Notes under the pieces: model-generated | What the model saw: the letters and a program-made list of their open reading frames with translations, nothing else | Database searches by the model: none | Told to the model about the DNA's origin: nothing | Made by a program: the position numbers and the translations under genes | IMG/VR virus record: IMGVR_UViG_3300045988_106623 | Source of the DNA: a virus | Direction: 5' to 3' (one strand) | Length of the DNA stretch: 39,649 bases | Shown here: positions 14,485 through 23,200 of the stretch, in pieces | Layout: the number at the start of each line of letters is the position of its first letter | How positions within the stretch are numbered: position 1 is the first letter of the stretch

Positions 14485-15072
14485 TCAGACCGCCGCGTAG
14501 GACTGCAGGTAGCGGCTGTTGCCGCCGTCTACGGCGGGATCGAGCTGCCATGTGGCGGTCAGCGAGAGGCCGGACACCTCGCCGCGCGTATCCTGCGCCG
14601 GCTCGTTGCCGGTGATCTGGATGACACCGAGGCGACGGCGTTTGCGGCCGGACTTGTAGATGGTCTCCTGATAGGCGAACCATTTGGTGTCCTGGATGAT
14701 GTCCTTGACGTGGTAGACGCCGGTTTCATCGGGCTTTCCGATGGTCATGAGGCGGGTGAGGTCGTTGTCCTCGGCGGCGGTGAACGCGAGCGTCAGCGTC
14801 GGGTCGGCGTTGAGCGTGTAGCCCGGTTGGTGGAATTCGGTGGCGTCGTCGCCGTCGCGGGAGTCCTGCGGTGCTCCGTCGCTGGTGATGAGGCCAACTG
14901 TGGAGGAGGAGGAGCCGAACACGTCGCCGAGTTCGGTGATCGGGTCCGCCACGCTGGGCGCGATCTGCGAGGCGGTCAGCGTCTTGCCTGCCACATAGGG
15001 GGCGACGATGATCTTCGACGTGAGTACGTTCTTGACGGCATTAAGGTCGTTGCCCTGGTTGTCTGCTGTCAT
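14485..15072 (-). CDS. Major tail protein
   Basis: 195 aa from ATG 15072 (RBS gaaagga). Lies immediately before the chaperone genes. The longer track ORF has no RBS. Confidence 0.6.
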   Translation of the reverse strand: MTADNQGNDLNAVKNVLTSKIIVAPYVAGKTLTASQIAPSVADPITELGDVFGSSSSTVGLITSDGAPQDSRDGDDATEFHQPGYTLNADPTLTLAFTAAEDNDLTRLMTIGKPDETGVYHVKDIIQDTKWFAYQETIYKSGRKRRRLGVIQITGNEPAQDTRGEVSGLSLTATWQLDPAVDGGNSRYLQSYAAV

Positions 15073-15090
15073 TCCATGTCCTTTCAAACG

Positions 15091-15118
15091 AAAAGGCCCT
15101 ACACATTGTGTAGGGCCT
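15091..15118 (-). terminator. Hairpin + U-run upstream of the major tail gene (partial terminator or mRNA stabiliser)
   Basis: 11-bp stem aggccctacac/gtgtagggcct with a 3-nt loop, then uuuucguuu on the minus strand. Confidence 0.45.
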
Positions 15119-15140
15119 AGGAAAACGGTTAAGGGATTGG

Positions 15141-15557
15141 TTAGTGTTCGCCGACCGTCGAATATTCGACGATCAGGTAGTAGTGCGCGGTGTCGGAATC
15201 GTCGGACACCGGGTATGGGCCGTTGCACGAGGAATCATCCACAGAAACGATTGGCGAGCCCTTGGCGAGGGCGATGGCCGGATGTTCGGTGAGCGTCGCG
15301 TAGACGCGACGGGCGAGAGTCTTGCACGGCTTCTCGTCCTGACGGCTCCATCCGTACACGTTCACGCCAATCGAACGGTCGAAATGGCCGAGCCCGTCCG
15401 CGTTGCCGCCATCGTCCCGGACGGTGACGAGCGGATACGCGCCCTGATAGTCGGGAGGCTTCTTGCTGCCCACCTGCAAACCATCCACATCGGTGATATG
15501 AGTGCGCAGGTAATCACAGAGGAAAGCCTCCATGTCGGGAGGCAGTATCAATGTCAT
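15141..15557 (-). CDS. Tail completion/terminator protein (by position)
   Basis: 138 aa from ATG 15557, in an ATGA overlap with the upstream stop. Confidence 0.45.
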   Translation of the reverse strand: MTLILPPDMEAFLCDYLRTHITDVDGLQVGSKKPPDYQGAYPLVTVRDDGGNADGLGHFDRSIGVNVYGWSRQDEKPCKTLARRVYATLTEHPAIALAKGSPIVSVDDSSCNGPYPVSDDSDTAHYYLIVEYSTVGEH

Positions 15558-15844
15558 GTCTTCGCCGCCTTCAACGCCTTGCGGAGATTGCCGGTCTTGG
15601 ATTCGACCAGCATGGTCTTCGCGCCGGTGCCGACCACCATGAAGGTGGTGCGGTGCGCGCGTTGGACGGCCTCGACCTGCAGGCCGTCGCGGTAGGCTCC
15701 CGTATCGACGGGCGCGTTGGCCTTGGCCACTCCGAGCGCCTTTTCGGCGGCTCCACGGGTCAGGGCCCTGACGCCGGCCGAGTTGAGGATCTGGTCGAAA
15801 AACGCGTCGTTGAACTTGATGCTGGTCTGTCCGCTTCCGGCCAT
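15554..15844 (-). CDS. HK97 gp10-like head-tail protein
   Basis: 96 aa with APVDTGAYRDGL (the vdTG.lr motif typical of the gp10 family). Confidence 0.6.
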   Translation of the reverse strand: MAGSGQTSIKFNDAFFDQILNSAGVRALTRGAAEKALGVAKANAPVDTGAYRDGLQVEAVQRAHRTTFMVVGTGAKTMLVESKTGNLRKALKAAKT

Positions 15845-15847
15845 CGG

Positions 15848-16231
15848 CTACCCCTTCCACTCGGTGAGCTGGACTTCCAATGTGGGCTGCCAGCCGGTAA
15901 AGGCGTTGGCATCGCGGCTGGGGAAGCCGCTGACCTCCCACATGCGGCCATCGGCCGGTTCGGGTCGGATACGGTCACCAAGCCGGATGTCCGCGTTCGG
16001 GTCGGCCACGGTGAGCACCGCAGTCGACGTGGTCTGCACGTCCAAAACGTCGGGCGTGCGAGTCGAACTGCTCGAAGCCAAAGCTCCTCGCACTTCCAAT
16101 TCGACGGGTTTCGTCCAGTCCTCGGTGGTCTGCGCGGGATTGTACGGGTCGGGTTTGCGTGAGGCGCGCAGACGCACGAACCGTGTGGCCGCCGGCAGGC
16201 CGGAGGCGTTGATGTCATCGATGATGCTCAC
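15848..16231 (-). CDS. Head closure/head-tail joining protein (by position)
   Basis: 127 aa from GTG 16231, in a GTGA overlap with the upstream stop. Confidence 0.5.
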   Translation of the reverse strand: MSIIDDINASGLPAATRFVRLRASRKPDPYNPAQTTEDWTKPVELEVRGALASSSSTRTPDVLDVQTTSTAVLTVADPNADIRLGDRIRPEPADGRMWEVSGFPSRDANAFTGWQPTLEVQLTEWKG

Positions 16232-16755
16232 GGCAATGCTCCCAGCTTGTACCGGTCGAGTTTCGCCAGCTCGTCGGCCATCAGGGTCACGTTGTAGGTG
16301 ACGCTGCTGCCGTTGACCGACTGGGATTGGACGATGCCGGCGGCTGCGCTGCTGGCCCGTTTCGCCGCGTTTATGAGCACCCCCTGTACATCCGGCACCT
16401 CGTCCGGCGCATAACCGGCGTGGATGCGGTAGCGTATCGTGGCCACGCCGGCCGGGAAAACGCCGGCGGTGCATTCCACCAAACCCGTGGCGGGGTCGTA
16501 GGCGTAGTGCAGCCGGTTGCCGGCGATATCGGTCAGCTCATCCACCGACGTGACATGGCGTGCGGGGAGGCGAATCACCTTGCCTCCCAGCGAATTGACC
16601 ACGCCCGACAGTTCGATGTTCGGCGTGATATGCCAGCCGCACGTGCGACGGATGGCCGCCTGCGCCGCCTTGACCCAGAATGTCCCGTCCGCGTCGAACA
16701 CTGTCGGATCCTGGATCATGTCGGGGATTGCCCCCGTGGAGGATACGACGCTCAT
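16228..16755 (-). CDS. Head-tail connector/adaptor protein (by position)
   Basis: 175 aa. Its ATG at 16755 overlaps the stop of the Ig-like ORF. Confidence 0.5.
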   Translation of the reverse strand: MSVVSSTGAIPDMIQDPTVFDADGTFWVKAAQAAIRRTCGWHITPNIELSGVVNSLGGKVIRLPARHVTSVDELTDIAGNRLHYAYDPATGLVECTAGVFPAGVATIRYRIHAGYAPDEVPDVQGVLINAAKRASSAAAGIVQSQSVNGSSVTYNVTLMADELAKLDRYKLGALP

Positions 16756-16919
16756 AGCCCCTCGCTTTCGATGGTTGCGATGCTCGGGTCTGCGATTCGG
16801 GCCGTGAACTCCTGTGACGCTTCGGCTGGGAGGACTGACACCTCGAGTCTCGCCGTCTCGCCGACCCTCATCGCGAGGGCGTCGGGTGTGACGGCGATAC
16901 TCTCGGCGTCAGGCGTCAC
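16752..16919 (-). CDS. N-terminal half of a Big_2 Ig-like domain in the -1 frame of the capsid gene 3' end (likely a capsid C-terminal extension)
   Basis: Reads VTPDAESIAVTPDALAMRVGETARLEVSVLPAEASQEFTARIADPSIATIESEGL*. About 55-60% identical to the truncated half-domain ending 3310..3861. Below the ORF-track cutoff. Confidence 0.6.
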   Translation of the reverse strand: MTPDAESIAVTPDALAMRVGETARLEVSVLPAEASQEFTARIADPSIATIESEGL

Positions 16920-18118
16920 TTCGAGGCTTTTCCCAGTGCGACCTTGACGAAAGCCTTCGGATACTTGACCTGCAGGGCGAGGCGTTCCTTAACTCGGAAC
17001 GTGATCTTGTCGTTGGTGAAGTCGTTCTCATGGCTGTTGGTGGATTCGACGGTAAGACCGCCCTTGCGGTAGATGGTGCCGCCAGCCTTGAACGCGCCGA
17101 CGAGCACGGTGCCCTTGGTCATCGCCTCGGTGACCACGGTGCGCAGTCCCCACAGCGGCGGGTTCTGCATGATGCCGCCGTTGCCGTACTGTCCGGCGAA
17201 GAAGCCACCGCCGAAATACTGGCCGTTCGCGTCCTTGGACAGGCGGATGGCCTGATAGTCCGCCGGATTGATGACCACGGCGTCGGCGGAGAAGCCGGTC
17301 GCGGTGGCGATATCCGTGGTGGCCGCGAAGATGCGGTCGGGGTCGGAATCGTTGGCCTGCGCCTTGGTCTGGATTTCGCGGTTCAGAATGCCATTGAGAT
17401 TCGGGTCGGTGCCATCGCCGGACAGGAGTTGAATCTCCTCCTGCAGCTTCAGGTTGTACTGGGCGTGCTGGTTGATCTCGGACACGACGAAAGGCAGGTC
17501 TTCCGCCATATCGTCTGTGATCTTCCACCATGCGGCGATCTCATGCAGGCTGTCGGACACCCAAGTCGGATCCGGCATGTGAATCTGAGGCTTCTGCCCG
17601 CCTTCGGCGACGGTGGTAGCGTTGCCTTCGAACGCGCCGTAGACCGGGTATTTGATGGTGGTGCCGCTCATGGTGCCGGACGCGAAAAGGTCGGCGATGA
17701 CGAGCGGACGCTCATACGGCCATACGCCGTTCTGGTCGGTCTGGGTGAGATACGGCGCGTAGGCTCCGGACGCTCCGCCTGTGGCCTGAGTGTCGGAAGC
17801 GGCCTTGAATTCCGGAGTGGAGAACAGGCCTCCCTTGGTGGCGAGCACGCTCAAGCCCTTCTCCTGCAGGGACTTGACGTAGAAGTCGCCGAGGGTCTTC
17901 GCCTCGACGCCCTTATGCTCGGTCTTGGACGCTCCGGCGAGCTTGTCGAGTCCTTCGCCGGCCTCCTTGAACAGGTCGATACGCTCCTGCAGCTTCTTCG
18001 CCTCGGCGTAATGATGCTTCAGCTCCTCCTGCTCCTTTTCGGTGATGTTATCCATTCCCTTGGCGAGAATGGACTGTGCCGCCTTCTTCTCGACGGCGAG
18101 ATTGTCCATGAGATTCAT
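16916..18118 (-). CDS. Major capsid protein (HK97 fold family)
   Basis: 400 aa from ATG 18118 (RBS gaaaggag). N-terminal delta-like coiled segment. Follows the prohead protease. Confidence 0.85.
   Translation of the reverse strand: MNLMDNLAVEKKAAQSILAKGMDNITEKEQEELKHHYAEAKKLQERIDLFKEAGEGLDKLAGASKTEHKGVEAKTLGDFYVKSLQEKGLSVLATKGGLFSTPEFKAASDTQATGGASGAYAPYLTQTDQNGVWPYERPLVIADLFASGTMSGTTIKYPVYGAFEGNATTVAEGGQKPQIHMPDPTWVSDSLHEIAAWWKITDDMAEDLPFVVSEINQHAQYNLKLQEEIQLLSGDGTDPNLNGILNREIQTKAQANDSDPDRIFAATTDIATATGFSADAVVINPADYQAIRLSKDANGQYFGGGFFAGQYGNGGIMQNPPLWGLRTVVTEAMTKGTVLVGAFKAGGTIYRKGGLTVESTNSHENDFTNDKITFRVKERLALQVKYPKAFVKVALGKASK
16928..16934 (-). promoter_or_regulatory. Candidate -1 slippery heptamer G_GGA_AAA, 4 codons before the capsid stop
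   Basis: The minus strand reads gca ctg gga aaa gcc tcg aag tga. The 10-mer actgggaaaa is identical to the G/GT site. Confidence 0.6.
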
Positions 18119-18132
18119 GACTCTCCTTTCGG

Positions 18133-18876
18133 TTAATGTTCCAGCGAGAAGAAGTCGCTGATGGTTTGGTATTCCTTGGCCCACTGCGGGTCAAAGCTTT
18201 TCTGGTCTTTCTTCTTCGGGTCATCCGTGGAATCGTCCGGCTGGTCGCTGGAATCATCCGTGGAGTCATCGGTGTCGTCGTCCGGCTTCTTGTTGTCGGA
18301 ATCGATGCCATCCAAGACCTCGTGCAGACTGTCCAACGCGGCACGAAGCTTGCTCTCGTTGGAAGCGCTGATCGCGCGTCCGCTCTTCACTTCAAGCACC
18401 TCGGCACCCTGATTCGCGGCCACCTGCACAAGCGAAATCTCGAACAATTTCACCTGACGAATCTCACGGTATCCATCCCACGCGCTCTTACCGTCCTGCA
18501 CGAACGCGGTCTCCTCGGCGATGTAGCCGATGCTCATCTGGTGGATGAGCCCGCGTTTCAGCAGGTCGTATGCGCGCTTGCCTTCCGGCAGATCAAGGTC
18601 AAGGCGGGCCGTGACCAGCAGGCCATGCTCGTCCTCCACCGCGCTCAACGTCTCGCCGATGATGTCGGTGGGCTTGTCGTCCTTGTGCTGCCAGTGAATC
18701 GGGATGCCCGCGCCGGAACCTTGGAAATCGTTCTGCAAAGTGTCGGCGAAAGCGCCCTTGACGATCACGTCATCGTACAAGTCCTTGTCCCACGTCGAGG
18801 CGTAGCCGCTGAAAACGCCCTCGCCTTGACTGTCATCAAGGGATTTCAGCTCGAAGCCCTTGAAATCAAGCCTCAT
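18133..18876 (-). CDS. Prohead maturation protease (HK97/S78-type) with acidic C-terminal tail
   Basis: 247 aa from ATG 18876, in an ATGA overlap with the portal stop. Lies between portal and capsid. Confidence 0.75.
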   Translation of the reverse strand: MRLDFKGFELKSLDDSQGEGVFSGYASTWDKDLYDDVIVKGAFADTLQNDFQGSGAGIPIHWQHKDDKPTDIIGETLSAVEDEHGLLVTARLDLDLPEGKRAYDLLKRGLIHQMSIGYIAEETAFVQDGKSAWDGYREIRQVKLFEISLVQVAANQGAEVLEVKSGRAISASNESKLRAALDSLHEVLDGIDSDNKKPDDDTDDSTDDSSDQPDDSTDDPKKKDQKSFDPQWAKEYQTISDFFSLEH

Positions 18877-20279
18877 GATGTTTCCTCCTTGGTGAGCGCG
18901 TCCCACTCGGCATGGAATTGCGCGTCATACCGATAAAGCCGTTTAAATTCGGCGAGCATGGCCTTAGCGTCCTCGCCGTTGACCGGATTGTTCTGTTGCG
19001 CGTTCTGCGTCCTGCCGCCGTCCTGCGGGCTTGGTTGTCCGCCCTCGCTGACGTTCAGCGGGGTGATGAGCTGGTCGCCGCCATGAACGCGAGGCATGTC
19101 AAGAATCTGACGTGCCTGATTCGTGGTCATGAACGGCCTGCCGGTAGCAGTGCTGAGCGCCTGATACTGTTCGGCCGTGGTGCCGCGGAGCTTCGCGTCC
19201 ACGTTCGCCCTGATGTAGCAGTCCGGCTCGCCCACAGCCTCTGGAAGGCTGAGATTCAAGGCTTCTTCGAGAGCGACGATGTATGGAATGAGCTCCACGT
19301 TCCAGAGCTTCTCCTTGTAGGCGCTGATATTGGAATTCGTGCCGGTACGAAAGCCGACGTTTTCCGGCGAGATTTGGAAGGCGTTGCATACGGCGATGTT
19401 GATTCGGTCGCGCGCCTCCAAATCGTTGACATCAACAGGTTTGAAGACGTTATCCAGCGGGCGCATCTCCATGCCGTCCTTCAGGACTGGCCAGCCACCC
19501 TCACGGCCACCATTCTGGATGAAATTACGCAATCCATTAGTGAAATCGTCGTAATCATCCTGCGACAGCCACGGCATCTCCTTCGGACGGTAGACGTAGC
19601 CACCGGCCTGCATGCCGTTCTTGGCGATATTGCGGCGGTAGGAAGCCATGGCCTTCGCCTCGGCCAATAATGGCCGGAGCACGTTGGTCACGCTGTCGCC
19701 GAACTGGAGACCGGAAATAAAGCCGACATCCAAATGCACGCGCGGATCCGGCAAATCGAAATGCATGGCCTGTTGACTGTCCATCGTCAGCAGATTCACG
19801 CCGGTAATCTCACCGAAAGCGTTACCCGACAGTTGATAGCAGTCGGACGGTATGCGGCGGAGCGTGAAACGGCCACCATTCACACCGAGCATGAACAGCC
19901 ACCGGTCATCGAGCAGCATGTCACGAAGCAACATGCTGGTGAACCGGTATCTTGTCATTCCAGGAAGAGGAGAAGGCCGCTTCATCAGGTCGGCCAACGC
20001 TCCACTGGTGACCTCCTCCGCATCCCCATCGGCGTTCTTCCGATACACCTTGAATGGCAGCGAGGCGATGTTGCGGGTGATGAAGTCCACCACGACACGC
20101 ACCGCATACTCCCTGCAGTAGGCGCCGGACGCGTACCCGTAAAAGTCCATGTCGGACGGCCAACTGTCGCCGTTGGCGAGTGGAATGCTTGTCGCTGGCG
20201 TCGGATGTGCGTCTGCCTCGGCCATCTTCATGCCGATAGCTGCTGCGTTATTGTGGAGGAGCCGGTCAAGGAATCCCAT
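18873..20279 (-). CDS. Portal protein
   Basis: 468 aa from ATG 20279 (RBS agaggggag). Follows TerL. Confidence 0.8.
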   Translation of the reverse strand: MGFLDRLLHNNAAAIGMKMAEADAHPTPATSIPLANGDSWPSDMDFYGYASGAYCREYAVRVVVDFITRNIASLPFKVYRKNADGDAEEVTSGALADLMKRPSPLPGMTRYRFTSMLLRDMLLDDRWLFMLGVNGGRFTLRRIPSDCYQLSGNAFGEITGVNLLTMDSQQAMHFDLPDPRVHLDVGFISGLQFGDSVTNVLRPLLAEAKAMASYRRNIAKNGMQAGGYVYRPKEMPWLSQDDYDDFTNGLRNFIQNGGREGGWPVLKDGMEMRPLDNVFKPVDVNDLEARDRINIAVCNAFQISPENVGFRTGTNSNISAYKEKLWNVELIPYIVALEEALNLSLPEAVGEPDCYIRANVDAKLRGTTAEQYQALSTATGRPFMTTNQARQILDMPRVHGGDQLITPLNVSEGGQPSPQDGGRTQNAQQNNPVNGEDAKAMLAEFKRLYRYDAQFHAEWDALTKEETS

Positions 20280-20304
20280 CAATACTCCCCTCTTTGTGAA
20301 GAAT

Positions 20305-21897
20305 CTAGAATCTGACCCTCACGCCTTGCGAGGGCTCGTATTTCGGTTTCTCGGGCTCGCCGCTCATCGTCTCGAGCGCGTACAAGGCCTGACTTTCGGC
20401 GATGAGGCCGGAAATGTGCATCGCGCTCTGGTTGCGGTCCCACACCTCGACCTCACCCAATCGTCGGGTCACGGCCACGCTCACCTGTTGTTCGATGGCC
20501 GGCTGGGGGAGGTGCCGGAGCTTGTTTTCTTTCACCCGGTCACGGAAACGGCCGGTCGCGGCTCCCATGCGGAAGCCCTCGATGAGATGCACAGTCCAAC
20601 CGGCTTCCGCGAGCGGATCCGCGAAGTCCACGGCCGGGCAGCCCTTGGACTGCAAGGCGATTTCATGGATGTTCGGCCATCTCTCCTTGAGGAGTCGGAG
20701 GTACTTGGGCACCCAGAGCATGCCGTCGCGGCGCACAATCAGTTCGACGTGCGGCAATCCGTCCTCGCGGTAGCCGGCGGCGGCGATATAGGTGGTTTCA
20801 CGGTCCGCGCTGGTGTCCACGGAGAGCACCACGCGCCCGTCATCGGGGATACAGGACTTCGCATCGATACCACGCTTCCACAGTTTCGGATTGATATACG
20901 GCGTGATATCCGCCGTCACCCACTGGCACAAGACCTCGGTGCGGTACGCGGCTTCGGTCATGCCGTTGATGTCGGCCGCGATACTCCGATACGTCATCGG
21001 CCCGTAACCCATGGAGGGGTTCGCCTGACGAATGCCGTCGAGATCGTCCAGCTCGCATTTATCCGGAGCCGACCACTCAAAATACCCATAGGACGGGTCA
21101 TGTTCATCGGCCCATTCGTCCGGCGACTGCTTGCCGGTTTCGACCGAGGCGTTCCATGATTCAGCCAGGGCACGGCCCTCGTCAACGACTCGGCGCAGTA
21201 CGACGCTACGATAGTCGCCGGCGTTCGAGATGCCCCACAATTGGCTTGACCAGATGGCTTTCGTGGTTTGACTGACTGCGTTCCAGCCATCGTCGGTATG
21301 CTGTTCGCGCAGCTCATCGAACACGACACGGCTCGCGGACTTGGAACGGATGTTCTTATCGGCGCGCACGATATACTGCGCCTTGTTACGGCAGATAATC
21401 GCCTCTTCGCCATGCGAATTGTTGACCCGCTGCACACGCTTCTGCAATACGGGCACCGCAAGCGCGGCCTCGCCCTCGGAAGCCGGATTCGGATTACACC
21501 AATTCAGCACGGCCTGATACGGGGCACGAGCATTGTCCAACGTCTGCGCGGCACCGACCACGAGAAACTTCCAAGCCGGCGACAATTCCGGATGACGGCC
21601 AGAATCAACGAACAGCCACCACGCAACCAGCACGCTCATCAACGTGGTCTTGCCGTTCTGACGGGCAACCTCGGTCACCACGCGGCGGAACCGGTATGAG
21701 CCGTCCGGCAGAAGCTCGAGTCCGTGGATCAGCAGCCATTTCTGCCACGGGTAGAGATGCACGTGGAGGAACTTTTCGGCGAATTCGATGACCGCGAACC
21801 CGTTCGACGTTTCCGGCGTCAATTCGCGCAGCGGGGGAGTGAATATGCGGGGAGTGGTGATGCCGTGGGCGTCGTCATTGATTTCACCGATGCCCAT
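20305..21897 (-). CDS. terL: Terminase large subunit
   Basis: 530 aa with the Walker A-like motif ARQNGKTT and a C-terminal nuclease region. Confidence 0.9.
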   Translation of the reverse strand: MGIGEINDDAHGITTPRIFTPPLRELTPETSNGFAVIEFAEKFLHVHLYPWQKWLLIHGLELLPDGSYRFRRVVTEVARQNGKTTLMSVLVAWWLFVDSGRHPELSPAWKFLVVGAAQTLDNARAPYQAVLNWCNPNPASEGEAALAVPVLQKRVQRVNNSHGEEAIICRNKAQYIVRADKNIRSKSASRVVFDELREQHTDDGWNAVSQTTKAIWSSQLWGISNAGDYRSVVLRRVVDEGRALAESWNASVETGKQSPDEWADEHDPSYGYFEWSAPDKCELDDLDGIRQANPSMGYGPMTYRSIAADINGMTEAAYRTEVLCQWVTADITPYINPKLWKRGIDAKSCIPDDGRVVLSVDTSADRETTYIAAAGYREDGLPHVELIVRRDGMLWVPKYLRLLKERWPNIHEIALQSKGCPAVDFADPLAEAGWTVHLIEGFRMGAATGRFRDRVKENKLRHLPQPAIEQQVSVAVTRRLGEVEVWDRNQSAMHISGLIAESQALYALETMSGEPEKPKYEPSQGVRVRF

Positions 21898-21909
21898 GAC
21901 GCCTCCCGT

Positions 21910-22278
21910 TTAGCTGATTTTCGCCAGATACTCCTCAAGCTCATCCGCCACCGGAGTCGCCTCGGGCTTGGCGGCCTTGCCCCTCGCCGGTTTCGCCGGC
22001 TTCTCCTCCTCGGGAACCAGTCCGAGAGCCGCGCAATATTTCAGGAACGTCGGCAGCGAGGTATTGTCGTTCTGCGGCACAGCCGGACGGGTACCCTTTC
22101 CCTTCGCTTCGGCGTCCGATATGGCCTGTTCCGCCAATTCGTCCCAATGGTCGATTTTCCATGCAAGGGCCCGGGCGGCGGCGACCGTGGCTGCGTCCTT
22201 CGCGCGCAGATGCTTGGCGTTGCGCAGCGAACGCTCCAATGCGTCGGCCACCGTTTCCTGCGGAAACTGTTTCGGCAT
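21910..22278 (-). CDS. terS: Terminase small subunit
   Basis: 122 aa from ATG 22278 (RBS gaaggagg), immediately upstream of terL. Confidence 0.6.
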   Translation of the reverse strand: MPKQFPQETVADALERSLRNAKHLRAKDAATVAAARALAWKIDHWDELAEQAISDAEAKGKGTRPAVPQNDNTSLPTFLKYCAALGLVPEEEKPAKPARGKAAKPEATPVADELEEYLAKIS

Positions 22279-22402
22279 GGAACCTCCTTCGCGCGCGACC
22301 CCGGCCGAATATCGAATATTTTTCGGAGGGAGAGGAAGAGCGGCCATGCGGGTAGTGTCCCGGTGGCGGCCGGTTTTGGGATTTTACCGCCCCTCCCGGT
22401 GG

Positions 22403-22660
22403 TCAGGCTTTGATGGCGTTGGTGAATGCGTTGATTCCTGCGGTGAGGATTCGTGTGAAGCCCACGCTATCAACTTTCGGCATTATCGTGCCGTTGTTGT
22501 TGACGACTTCAACTGTGATTGGTAGGTCTGCGTCGACGCTGGCGAGGTCATAGCTTACGTTGTCCGCGCTGAGGCTGGCGCTGATGTGGAGTGTGATGGT
22601 GCCGGTTGCTTCGCGCAGTGTTTGCCCGCATGCGGTCTTGACCGGTTCGTCGATGTCCAT
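22403..22660 (-). CDS. Hypothetical protein
   Basis: 85 aa from ATG 22660 (RBS aggag). The 248-aa track ORF runs through the HNH gene and the tRNA-like gene and is not credible. Confidence 0.5.
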   Translation of the reverse strand: MDIDEPVKTACGQTLREATGTITLHISASLSADNVSYDLASVDADLPITVEVVNNNGTIMPKVDSVGFTRILTAGINAFTNAIKA

Positions 22661-22673
22661 GATTGTGTTGCTC

Positions 22674-22991
22674 CTATGCTGTTTTGATCCATTGTCTGCT
22701 GAGTGTGCCGATTGGTGTGGCTGGGTCTTTGTTGCCGCGCAGGTTGTTGCATTGTGTGTGTGATGGGCGGAAGCCTGCGGGGTCGTGTTGCAGGTCTGGT
22801 CGTTTGGTGACGGGATAGAAGTGGTCGAGGTTGAAGCTGTCGTCTGTGGTGTTCTGTGGTGCGTCGTAGTCGATGGGCATTCCGCAGAGCCAGCATGGAC
22901 GGTGTTCGCTCTTGCATTCGAGGAAGAATTTCTTGCGGTCTTTTTCGAATTGGCGTCCGCCTTTGCGGACTTGGCGGCTGTAGCTGACCAT
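22674..22991 (-). CDS. HNH endonuclease (terminase-associated, typical of cos-type HK97-like phages)
   Basis: Shows CWLCG...NLDHFYPV...HTQCN. ATG at 22991; TTG at 23009 is the alternative start. Confidence 0.8.
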   Translation of the reverse strand: MVSYSRQVRKGGRQFEKDRKKFFLECKSEHRPCWLCGMPIDYDAPQNTTDDSFNLDHFYPVTKRPDLQHDPAGFRPSHTQCNNLRGNKDPATPIGTLSRQWIKTA

Positions 22992-23026
22992 GATGCCGTC
23001 ACCCCGCAATCATTGGAGAATAGGTG

Positions 23027-23100
23027 TCCCTCGCCTCGGATTCGAACCGAGACTGTATCGGACTTGAATCGGATGCCTCTGCTGGTTGGGCTAGCGAGGG
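23027..23100 (-). tRNA. tRNA-like gene with an irregular D arm and a non-canonical anticodon arm (anticodon ambiguous: CAA or UCA)
   Basis: Perfect 7-bp acceptor stem (CCCTCGC/GCGAGGG) and perfect T arm CTCGG-TTCGAAT-CCGAG. The anticodon stem ATCCG/CCGAT has a C.C mismatch, and the loop is 8 nt (ATTCAAGT), or 6 nt if the A-T closes. No CCA is encoded. Confidence 0.5.
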
Positions 23101-23143
23101 GTTGAAATATCAGGAGTTTTCGGCGTGTTTTGTTGTGCTCTCC

Positions 23144-23178
23144 TTGCATATCTATAGTAGTTGTGTTACTGTAGATAT
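23144..23178 (+). promoter_or_regulatory. AT-rich promoter-like region (TTGCAT-17-TACTGT) overlapped by a 12-bp inverted repeat
   Basis: atatctatagta (23148..23159) and tactgtagatat (23167..23178) match 11 of 12 as an inverted repeat. Located upstream of the + strand cassette and at the head of the late block. Confidence 0.4.
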
Positions 23179-23200
23179 ATCAGCAGAAAGGAGGTATCCG

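Noticed and set aside
22279-22402. cos site between the 85-aa gene and terS
   Set aside because: HNH and terminase gene content suggests cos packaging. I could not identify a convincing cohesive-end motif or repeat here by eye, so no call is made.
23027-23100. tRNA-like gene acting as suppressor for the in-frame TAG at 28854..28856
   Set aside because: No register of the anticodon loop gives CUA. The possible anticodons are CAA, UCA, UUC or AAG, so an amber-suppression link is unsupported.
23027-23100. tRNA-like gene as the phage attachment site
   Set aside because: It lies in the middle of the element, and the direct repeats at the window ends are unrelated to it.
22403-23149. 248-aa minus-strand ORF
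   Set aside because: It runs through the HNH gene in another frame and through the tRNA-like gene. Only the last 85 codons, behind a good RBS, look like a gene.
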